A stretch of DNA of 64,000 bases. Origin: the human T2T-CHM13v2.0 reference genome, Homo sapiens. Shown piece by piece: positions 12,065 to 23,755 of this stretch. The number at the start of each line of letters is the position of its first letter. Positions within the stretch are counted from its first letter, which is position 1. The stretch lies in NCBI RefSeq assembly GCF_009914755.1, contig NC_060932.1. One strand, 5' to 3'. Below the pieces are notes generated by a model. That model worked only from the letters and a program-made list of their open reading frames with translations. It was not told where the DNA came from and did no database searches. The translations under genes were made by a program, and so were the position numbers.

Positions 12065-14547
12065 CTATGTTGACAGTCTACTATGTGCCAGGGAGTTTAC
12101 TAAAGTTACCTAATTTGATTCTTATAAAAAAACATTAGGAAGCAGATGTTATTGTTCCCATTTTATAGACACCAAAACAATCCTTAGAGTTTACCAGGAT
12201 TGGACATGTGATGTTTGGTGCTGGCATACTCAAGGAATATGGGGAAGACTCAAAAGGAAGGGTATACTTGGTTTCAGAAAATGGCATCTGAGAAAGGAAG
12301 ACCAGGATGCCCAAATTCAGTTCTTCTTACACTTCTCTATTCAAATTAATATCCCCAACTAATCTGATCTGCTTGTCAAACTTCACTGGTGAACTCTGAG
12401 CATGCTACTGGTGTGGCGATGCTGACAAGGAGCTATGGTCAGGTGAAAAGGAGAGCTCAGGTTTTGCAGGGGACTTAGGGACCAAAGTGTACTGAACACA
12501 CAGGCAGTGTTAACATTCCTGAAAGCTAGTAGCAGGGGAGCAGAAAGGTTTGGAGTGCTTCCTTTATAACTTACTCAGGTAGTCTTTAGAATGTCAAAAC
12601 AAATCCAGGGGAATTGTTGATAGTTTCAGTGAACCAACGAAAACCCCCAAATATAGCCTGCCATGGCATTTTAGATTAGTAATACTATTTTTTGAAGAAA
12701 AAAATTAACACGATTATTATTAGTAAAAATGGAAAACTATTTCTATACACAAAATTTGAATGGAATAAAGCTGACACCGAGACATGAAAATTATGCTGAA
12801 TTCCTCACATTACTTGCTGTATCATGACAAATTGAATGTAGATAACATCAAACCTTATTTTGAGCACATAAATATCTCATTCTTTGGTGCTCTATTGTGT
12901 GATTTTGTAAATTCTTGCTTTGTTTCAGTGAATAATAGCACACTTACATAATATTTATTCTTTTGGATAATGTATGAATTAGAATGTTTCCAATCTTGAC
13001 TTTTTATGTGGCCCAATTATCTGATGTAAAACTGCTTTTATGATGCATCTGTAGAAATTCTTAGGTCATGGATTCCACCACCTGCTGGCTTTACAGCAAT
13101 TCTATGTCTAAGCACCTCCTTGGGCTTTATCAACTTCCAAAGCAGCTATGTGCACTCTAGATAGGTACTCACTCTACTGGTCGGAAGCAGTTGTTAAAAT
13201 ATGTCCAGAAAATAATTAGATAATCATGTCCAGAGAATAATTAGATAATCTTGGGCTTATCCTCACCTTTGCTTCTGCTTTTATTGTGTAGATGACGTGA
13301 TATTTATGACTCTTTTCGTCCAAGTAGATGTTGTAAGTGGCAAGGATGTGGCATATACATTCCTGAAACTGAAGACCTCCACTGTTTTCCCATAAGCAAA
13401 TATCATCATGAATTCCACTGCACATGTTCAATATCATTCTTCACATTTTATGAACAAGTTCGCTTGGGCTGAGGCAGCGGACAAGGAAGAATGTGTATAT
13501 CAGTGGGATGATCTTCCGTTCATCTCTGCCTCCATTCAAGGATTGATATGCTCTTTACCAAAGTATGCAAACAGCTTTATCAACCACCTGCTGAACAAAT
13601 TTCAGGGCCTCACTTTCGTGTTAATTCCATTATGGCTTATCTAAATCAGACTTCAGATTCAAGAGAATACCAAGGAACTTTTATGGAATATTGACATAAG
13701 GTATCAAAAGAATACCACAGCATTGGTCCAAACCTTTTTACATCTTCTAGGTATTATGTGCAACTTCTGTGTTAATTATTGAGCTCAAGTTCAAACACAG
13801 ACACCAAGTTCATGTATAACATGCCTCTTCAAAAACACCATTAAATGTTAAATTTTAGTAATATTGAGTATAAGGTTTAAATATATTACTATACAAATAT
13901 CTTGCTAAAAGTGATGAAACGGGATTGTAAATACATGCTATTCAGAACTTTTAAAAGGCTCTGCTGTAGTTATTATTAACTCAGTGGCATTAAGGAGCTT
14001 ATGACGGATAGAAATGGGCTCATTCAACCTGCACTGCTACCTTGGATTTCATGGTATTCGCCATCACATCTTCATGGCTGATGAGTGGCAATGTGCAATA
14101 GTGCTAGCCAATATGTGAAATGAAAAAGCACAAGATTTAGTGTCAGATCTGGGACTCTGATACAGATTTTTATGACTTTATGACTATGTGATCTTGTGCA
14201 AGTCATTTAACTGCAGGAAAACTTTCACAGGGAGATTGTAAGAATCCAATGAGACACTGATGTGAAAGCTCTTTGTAAAGTAAAGGTCTCATATTCTCCT
14301 ATACTGGGAAACACTTGTTAGCATAGACAGGAACTGTGTAGGTGGGGCCTTTAATTTTCCCAGTGAGAAAGACTCACTCATCACCACTGAAGCAAGGACA
14401 TCCCATGACCCATGACCTAATTAACCACTATAAAAAGACCCTTAGAATGGAGTCTCACTGTATTTTTCAATGTGTCTGAGACACTAATAGGAATTGAATT
14501 ATTTTATCCCTATTTCTTTCAGTCAGTAAAAAACTAACATATACAAA

Positions 14548-14670
14548 GCAGTTACTATGTGCCAGACACTATGGTAAGCATTTAACATCAATAATGTCAT
14601 TTCATTCTCACCATCACCCTGTGAGGCTAGACTATGACTACACCCATTTTACCAATGAGGAAACCAGGGG
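14548..14670 (-). mobile_element. MIR SINE fragment
   Basis: TTACTATGTGCCAGACACT...TCATTTCATTCTCACCATCACCCTGTGAGG...CCCATTTTACCAATGAGGAAAC. Confidence 0.65.
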
Positions 14671-15980
14671 CATGGATTAGAGAAGGATCCACGGTCAATC
14701 ATGACCAAAGCCAGAATTTCATCTATATTGACTACCTTCATCAGTATTCACTGTCTTCTCTATCTTTGCTATTTTCTCCTATTCCTATAAACCAGACCCC
14801 TATAGAGGCCATTGCATTTTAGCACCTTTGGGGTGACAGCAAATGTCAGAACAGATAACTCTTAAACCTGGAACAATCAAACGCAGTCTGATGAACCGTT
14901 ACACTGTACTGGCAGAATATGCCACGTCAACAGCCACCTATTAAGTTGGGAAGATGAGGCTATGTAACTTTCCAAAGCATGGCAGGAGAGCTGCAAATGG
15001 CAGGGAGGGTACGCCTGGGGAGCTTGCTAGCCACAGCTCTTGAGAAACAGTTATTGCATTAAAAGGGCATGTAGAATATTTTCCAGACTTCTCAACCACA
15101 CAAGCTTCACCCTAGCTTTGGCATCAGCGCTCAAAATGTGTGGCTTGGACACGAATCTGAAATCAATAATCTCTCTAGCACCTTGTGCTTCCCTTCCCTG
15201 CTTCAAAAGTCTGTTCTGTATTCTCTTCCTTTAGGATTTGCTAGGAGACTAATTACTGAAGTTGAGTAATCTGTTTAGCCCTACAGGCGATAACTCTGTG
15301 CATTATTTATATGAGGGGCTCTAATATCTTAGCCCTCAACAGGTGTGATGAATTTGGGAATTTAAAAGCACCATGGCAGCTCCCTGGGAAGCTGTTTTGG
15401 AGATGGTCCTTTTATCATAGTGCACAGGTGGCTTGCCTACGTGTCGAGCCAGCAGCTTAGGCCGGCACCTTGGATGGCTTCAAAGGGAGCACAGTGGCTG
15501 GAAGTCCCGGTGGTGGCAGGTTTATTCAACCCATGTTGTGCTTAACCTTCCAGGAGTGCACCTAAGCAGCAGGGGTCATAGCAACATATTAATTTATTTG
15601 GGGCACAATGGTAAAAAAATTCTAATTAATTGAAAAGTGCCCATGTAGGAAGGAGATTTACTTCAAGTTTTCTTTAAAAATAAGAGCAGTCTTTAAACTC
15701 TGGATAAGGCACTAATCCAATTAATGAAGGCATTAAGCAGAGCAATGAACCTTATTTTGCAAAATTATTTGAAAGGCCCAGGATGAAAGAAACCAATTGG
15801 TGGAGCAGTATAACTACCTTCTGGCACATGGCTTCTTTGAGCATTTTTTCCTTCTATTTCTGCTGTTAATTTTTCAGCAGATCTCTTTCAACACCACCAC
15901 CAAAGTATTCCACATAACTCAAGACAGTAATTTACTCACAAAGAAAACACACCTCCAACTTCATTAATAACCAACTTTTT

Positions 15981-15986
15981 TTTATT
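15981..15986 (-). terminator. JPH1: Distal polyadenylation signal AATAAA
   Basis: TTTATT on +. On the minus strand it is preceded by two UGUA motifs and followed about 25-45 nt later by GGTGTGTTTTCTTTGTG (GU-rich element). Confidence 0.7.
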
Positions 15987-16109
15987 AGAGCAGATACAGT
16001 TGTGAAAACTGTACATTATACATTTTGGTTTCAAGAATTATAAATAAAGGAACTCACAGGTAGGGAGTTCTTTTTCACAGCAAGAAACTTTAAATAAACA
16101 AAGTCATGT

Positions 16110-16115
16110 TTTATT
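16110..16115 (-). terminator. JPH1: Proximal polyadenylation signal AATAAA
   Basis: Minus strand reads TGTACTTAATAAAACATGACTTTGTTTATTTAAAGTTTCTTGCTGTG: UGUA immediately upstream, U-rich downstream. Confidence 0.6.
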
Positions 16116-18295
16116 AAGTACATTGGCAGACTTCATGTGCTGTCCAAAATGTTGAGTACAGTATAACAACCCATTAGAAAGAGCCTTCATGTAAAATACA
16201 GCTGTGCACATTTTAGAAAAATACCAACAATTTGAGCTTTGTTTTAAAAAAGCTTATAAATCATACATATATTTATAAATGGGACCAACATGCTCACTTT
16301 ATAAACATATCCTCTCGCTATCTGTTACCCATTATTTCCAAAGCATTACGCATTTTAAATGAACACTTAATAAGATTAAATATTTTATTATTATTTTTTT
16401 AAAAAACCAGCTTTCCCAGCGTAAGGAGCTATAGGGTTTGGGAGGGGCAGTGAGAGTACTGAGAGTGACGCAGGAACTTTAAACATTTGTTCTCAGGTAA
16501 AAACGGACTTCCTAAATTTAAAAGTCAAAGCAAAATGTAAAAAATGAATATACAAGTTGAAATTTTTCATTTGCTCTCTTTCTGCCTTCTTCTTTATTCC
16601 ATATTGGTCACACCCAGGATTTTCAACATATTGTGCTTCTGTAAGAAACATCACTGGGTTACTACCCTGCAGGTGACAAAGCACTCAGTCCACATCTGTG
16701 CTAACCAGGGAATTGTGTGAACTGTCTCTTCTCCATTGAAAAGGTAGCTAATATGGTGTAAAAAAAAAAAAAAATCTGATTAAACCATGCAAATCATGAA
16801 AATATTTAGGAGTAGCTCCCCCTCTGCAATGTAATGTTTTATAAAGATTTAATAGATTAGATAGATATCTTTCTTCCCCTGATTTCTTTTTAAGTAATTA
16901 CTTTTATAAAGACCATTTAGTTTCTATAAGTAAGCATGCTTCTGAATAACAAAGGGTAAATTATAAAACAGCAAAAATCCAGAAATGTCAGAATGACAAA
17001 AGACTGTAAAAGACACATATTTAAAATAAAAATGTCTAAGCCTTTAAAATGTGAAATGAAATTACAAAAGGACTTTGAAAAACAGGAAAGGCAGAAAACT
17101 GAGAGGCAGTGATTGAACAAGGCTTTATGTTCTACCTGAATGTATTCAACAGAAATTTAAGTTGGAAAAAGAAAACAAGAAAGAGCAGAGCAGTTTATTA
17201 ATAGCATCTTGCTTAACTTTCATGGGAATTAACACAGCCACCGACAAGATTTTATTTGGTTGTAAAGTACGTCAGCAAAGAAACTGAATCCTTTAAACAC
17301 TGATTACTGCAATCCATGCAACGTTTGGACTATATTTCTTAGAATTCTGTTGTGTTTCAGCTTTTAAAATTTAGCACTTCCTAAGTGCATAAATAATTCA
17401 CCTCAGTAATGTTAAAAATATTTAGAATTAAATTAGTTCTTAGGAAGGCATAGTGTCTTCAAATTGCTAAATTTTAAAGATAAATAACCTTTTACAAGTA
17501 TAGGAAGAATAAATGACATAAAAGATGGTATATTGCTATCAAAATAAGCACATTTTCACTAGCATTTTGTTGTTTCTTTTCCTTGAGATGCAACACGTGT
17601 GTTTCGTCCGGCCAGGACCGCAGGTGGTAGATGACTATACGTCAGATTTAAATAAACAGCAAAAATGAACAGAGTCGTGCACAAGCAAACGAAACGTTCT
17701 CTCCCAGAACATTCCAGGAGATGTTAAAGCAGCAGGTCATGGCATAAGACTGGTGAGTGATGCTGCTACCTATTTCTTCTAATGAGATAGGAGTGAATGT
17801 TGGAACCACGTCCACAGCAACACAATCCTCCGACCGCATTCCTCGGGCAGTCGTTTCCCCAGCTCCCTACTAAAAACGTCAGATGGTAAAATAGTAAGGC
17901 AGCTGTTGACTTCCATCAAAAAAAAAAAAAAAATGCAGCTCCATACATTTCCAGTTTAGTCACACTCTGCTAGGACAGATGGAGTAGCCAATGCCAAGAA
18001 CTTCGCCGGATGGGGCTGCTTCAGCAGATTTTAAAAAAGAATTATTATTAAGTTTTGCTCTCCAACATGGCCGTGTGCTTCAGCTCCCAGAGGACCCCAA
18101 AGCCACAAAGCACTCCCAGGGGAACCGAACAGGTCCTCTGGCTGAATTTTCCAAGTTTCATCTCTCTCGCGATCCCATCCTAATTCCAAGCCTCCTTCCC
18201 TGTGTCTGAGTCTGCCTGGGGTGGGCCATTTAAAGGGCTGACGGCACCACTGCAGAGAACTGTGGGCTAACACACCACTAGTTGTCAGGACTTCA

Positions 18296-18467
18296 CTGAA
18301 GGGTCAAAACAGTTATAGCAATTAAGTAACTATGTTGAATCACATTCAGGCATAGCCAAAATTAAAGTGAAGGACAATACGTCATTGTTAAAAAAAATAG
18401 CAAATTTGCATATGAGAAAAGAATGTTATTTACTATGATTTTAGATAGAAATTAAGGCGATTCTTAC
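18296..18467 (-). other. JPH1: Probable 172-nt intron in the JPH1 3' UTR
   Basis: Donor AAG|GTAAGA 15 nt after the stop codon; acceptor ...cttaattgctataactgttttgacccttcag|TGAAG with branch-like motifs. Confidence 0.7.
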
Positions 18468-18482
18468 CTTTCCTAATTCCAA

Positions 18483-18563
18483 TCAAGTTAGAAAGTGAAC
18501 AAAAAGAATGGCCAACCCGATATTCAACAGCATGACAAGGACAATCATGATTGAATTAGGGCC
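18483..18563 (-). CDS. JPH1: Junctophilin-1 last coding exon (ER/SR tail-anchor transmembrane segment)
   Basis: ttttcag|GGC CCT AAT... = GPNSIMIVLVMLLNIGLAILFVHFLT then TGA (18483-18485). Typical junctophilin C-terminal TM helix; phase-0 join with the previous exon. Confidence 0.96.
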   Translation of the reverse strand, partial: GPNSIMIVLVMLLNIGLAILFVHFLT

Positions 18564-19929
18564 CTGAAAATGAAAGAGAACAAAGTAACTATAACTTCTC
18601 CATGTTAATATCAAGATATTACCAAAGCCAATTACTGAAAAAATGAGAAAGTTAACATGATTGCAGTAAATAAGGCATAAAAGATGACAGCAGTTCGGAA
18701 AGGTGTAGACTAAAAACGGCAATGCTATGTTTAGATGGAGACATTTCAGAACCTTCACTTAAAAATGAATCCAGGCTTGAATTAGTTTAAAAACGTTTTA
18801 AACAACTGATCCACTTCATTCACCTCAAAACAATGGACAACAGCGTGTGCTGAGACACAGCTCACCCTAACAGGGCCTACGAACGGCTGGGAGTTAGACG
18901 TGCATTTGTTGTTAGAATGCAGTTCAGATGAGGAAGAGCTGCTTCCTCCACAGGGCAGTTAGAACACGAGAGCAAAATCTGTAGGACAAAGCCACCTCCA
19001 AGGAACAATTCAGGGAAAACTCAAAACGAGGTTCTCTACCTCTTGCTTTTTCCCTGGTCCTCTGTTTGGACACCACCCTTTCCGTTAAGTAAAAGCTGTA
19101 AGTGAGAAGTTGGATACTTTCAGAAGTTATCTTACAGGCCCAGCTTTTCAAATTTCTCTAATCACAACCACAACATTTCAGAAATGAAGTTATATTTTAC
19201 AAACTATGGGATCCTATTTTGATAAATATCATTATAATAAATACCAGATAGTTGTCCAAGGGCCCCAAATTTTTACTTGTTTAAACAAACCAACCTCATA
19301 TAACCCATCTTTTCAGATCTGCTCCATGAAGAAGCCACCTTTATTACAAAGACATGATTGTGGTATTTACTGTTAAAATAATGTCTAATTCTTATATAGC
19401 ATTAAAAGTATTCTAAACTGGCTTTATGAGGTAGGTAGTTTTATTGTCCTCATTTTACAGAAGAGGAAACAGTGGTACTCCATTTGGATACTGGGTAAGA
19501 CTACACTGAAACAATGTTACAGAGGCCTCAAAAGTATTGATGTTTTTTGGGTGTGGGGTAAGTGAATAATGGAGATTGGAGCTGTCATTGGTCAAACACT
19601 AATCAATTCGGGTCTAGGGTTTGGGTCACACATCATTGACTCAAGAAGGTCTCTTTCCCTGACTGAGCCCACATCTCCGTGGTAGAGGTCAGAGTGCCCT
19701 GCTCTTTCTCTATCACAAGGCGTTTCACACTTGATTATCCTTTGTTGTTTAACTGCTATTTTCCCCCACAAGACTCTGAGCTCCACAGTGGCAGGGGCCT
19801 TGTCTTATTCACTGCTATGTACCCAGTGCACAGACACGTGACATTGCCCAATTCATTCAGGCAACCAATATTTAATGAGACTCTACTATCTTCCAGCACA
19901 TTTCCAAGTGCCGTGGATGTGGGTTGTTT

Positions 19930-20217
19930 TGTTTTGAGACAGGCTCTTGCTCTGTCACCCAGACTGGAATGCAGTGGTGTGATCTCAGCTCATCGCAGCC
20001 TTGACCTCCCAGGTTCAAGCTATCCTACCACTTCAGCTTCCTGAGTAGCTGAGACCAACAGTGCGTGCTATCAAACCTGGTTAATTTTTGTATTTTTTGT
20101 AGAGATGAGGTCTCACTATGTTGCCCAGGCTGGTCTCAACTTCCTGGCCTTAAGCGATCCTGCCACCTTGGCCTCCCAAAGTGCTGGGATTCCAGGCGTG
20201 TACCACAGTGCCTGACC
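19930..20217 (-). mobile_element. AluJ-type SINE
   Basis: Old diverged Alu dimer (GCAGCCTTGACCTCC, GAGGTCTCACTATGTTGCCCAGG); TSD ATGTGGGTTGTT. Confidence 0.88.
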
Positions 20218-21083
20218 CAAATGTGGGTTGTTAAACGAAATGGATTAAATCACTGAATTAAATGAAGAACAAACAGGGTGATGAGTAAAATGGGGGAGGG
20301 AGAGGAAGTAAACATGAGTCCCCTTTAAGTGGGGACTATTAGGCAGAAGAAAAGCATCAGTTCCTAAACCCCAAGTAAATGGGAGGAAAATAAACATTTT
20401 TTGCAGGTTTTTATAATGCTGGGCAGTGGGTTAAACATCTCTGAGATTTTTTTTTTTGTTTATTCTTCACAAGTGATTATTAGTTCCATTTTACAGAGCT
20501 TAAGAGGACAGGTGTCTTGCTCAAGTTTCCTCAGCCAGTTTGAACAAATTGGAACTCGAATTAAGCTTTAGTCTGGTCACTTCAGAGCTCCATGCTCTTT
20601 TCTCTATATGTCTATTAAAGATACAGGCCTTAGTTTAAAGGCAATTTCCCATTCAGTCCTTTAAAATGACATTTTCCTCTATATCCTATAATTTCCACAG
20701 TATCAGAAAAACATCAAATTGTGATAACGACCAACTGCTCTTTTAGAATAGTTGTAATTCTAAATTGATAGGAGAGTCCTAACCTGTGCAACTCCTCAAT
20801 TATGGTTAATTTAGAGCATAGAAATAATGCAGAAAACTCTTATAACTCAGAAAATAGTGGAGACGATCTTTCAATGTCACAACTGAGCACAGAGATTAAG
20901 GAAATATTATTACAGGCTAAGCATCCCTTATCTGAAACACTTGGGACCCTAAGTGTTTGGGGTTTCAGATTTTCTTCTGATGTACAGGTTGAGCATCCCG
21001 AATACAAAATTCTAAAATGCTGCAATGAGAATTTCCTTTGAGCATCATGTTGGTGCTCTAAAAGTTTCAGATTCTGGAGATTT

Positions 21084-21814
<731 letters not shown>

Positions 21815-23547
21815 AGATGTTGGAGCATTCTGGATGTTCCACCTGTACTACTACACACTTAGATTAGATTTTGTTCATGAGTGTTTTAAGAATTTTGGAT
21901 CATTTCAACTATTCTGGGCTACTGGGTTTATTTTATAATTTTCAAAGGTAATTTAGTGATATGAAAGGTGAGGAAAAATACACCTGGTCAGAACAATACA
22001 ACATAGACTTTGGTGTCTTACAGTGGACCCAGGAAAGTGAAATAGCAGAGAACGTGCCTTCCATGAAGCCAACTTCTAAAGTCCAAGGTGTGCCTGAACC
22101 TTAACTCCCATTTCATAAATCCATATAAGATTCTGTGAATTTATCTAACCCCTTTGAATTAGTGAGTATTTTGAATTTGTATATTCTTTTGGTTTGAATT
22201 TAGATTACTATCTTTTCTCTAGTTTTTAGCCCACATATCACTGTACTGGCAATCCAGATTCAATGAATAGTGAATGAGTGCTTTATCCAAAATGAAAAAT
22301 ACATACATATATATTTTTTTCTTTTGCACGCATACACACACACACATATTTCTCCTGTATATGTTCTAATATACACACACATATATATTTATCCTACCAG
22401 GGTGGCTCCACTTAGAAAGCTATTTTTAAAGGTGACTCAGTGAAGATGAGGGAAAACTAGACATGAAAGCTTCAAACAGCAACCAGGGGAAAAATAAAAA
22501 TCCGGGATGCTCTGTTCAGTGGCAGATACCAAGCCCTGGCCTCTGTGTTCTTTATATACCTAGGCACAGGATATGGGGTGAAAAGCTTTAAGGTAAAGTC
22601 TCATAAATACGACTGTGGTGGCCAGTTGTAGCTTAAAATAGCAAAATGAAAAAAAAATCTGTCTTGCTTTTCAAGACTGACTGGGACAGGTGTAATACAA
22701 GAAGCTGTAGCAGGGCACAGGGTAAGTCTTGATTGGAAGAAATTTTCCAGGTGGTAAGAAAATAAAAAACAGGAAATCAAAATACAGAAAGAAATCCTAA
22801 CTCAAAAAATTATCTTTTTTTCCTTTAAGAGATTGTCACTCATATTTAAAACTGTAAGGAATTTTCTGCTAGAAGAGTTACTATGGTTTATGTGAAATCT
22901 AAAGCTTCTCTAGCTAGAAACACAAGAGAAGAACAAAGTTTAATTAAGTATTAACAGCAAAGTTTAATTATATATATTTACCTCTTTCGGGGGTGAGGTT
23001 CAAACCCAATTTGATGGGGACGCTTTAAATTTTACACAAATTCAAAAGAAAGATTAGATGAACCTCAAAACAAACTTGGATGCAAATCACAGGAATGGCT
23101 GAGAAAAAAGTGTAGTCATTTTTCAGAATGGGCTGAGATACCTAATTGGAAAATTCCCCTCTTGTCTACTTGATGGTAAGACGCTAAAGATGCCTCTTCT
23201 GACCCTACCAGAGTTGTCATGTTGCAAAACTCTACAAAAATTTCGGGATCACATTGAATGCGTGCCCCTAGGACATGAGTCCATACGCAACCATTGCCCA
23301 CAGGGGTCACAAAAGTTTCTTGAGGAAAATCTTCCTCAAGAAAGTAATCAATGCCACAGCCTCCCTTCTCCTACCTCTCATACTCGAGTTAACTAATTTC
23401 CTGTGTTAGTCTCCATCCCAGGAGATTTTCTGTATTTCTAGGAGATCAATAGCCAGGGTGATCCTGAGGATGGATCAGATCTACTTGAATATTTCTGAAC
23501 TGCTTATGCTTCAGTTAGCATTGTGTTGAAACAAACATCATAATAGC

Positions 23548-23755
23548 CAAGGTTTTTTGAGCATTTATTCTGCGCTAGGCACTATGCTAAGAACTTTTAA
23601 AGTATTGACTCATTTAATCTTCACAACAACCCTGTGATAGGTACAGATGAGGAAACCAAGGCACAGAGCAGTTAGGAAACTGTCCAGGGTCACACAGCTG
23701 GTAAGCAACAGAGCTGGGATGTGAACCGAGGAAGTTCAGCAACAGAGTTCAATTC
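23548..23755 (-). mobile_element. MIR SINE
   Basis: TGAGCATTTATTCTGCGCTAGGCACTATGCTAAG...CATTTAATCTTCACAACAACCCTG...ACAGATGAGGAAACCAAGGCACAGAG...GGTCACACAGCTGGTAAG. Confidence 0.8.

Larger units (their letters stand above)
15960..18482 (-). other. JPH1: JPH1 3' UTR (about 2.4-2.5 kb)
   Basis: Repeat-free, AT-rich sequence from the stop codon to AATAAA signals followed by U/GU-rich downstream elements. The exact cleavage site is inferred. Confidence 0.75.

Noticed and set aside
18564-18758. N-terminal part of the 91-aa ORF 18483..18758 as coding
   Set aside because: It lies upstream of the ttttcag acceptor; only 18483-18563 is JPH1 exon.
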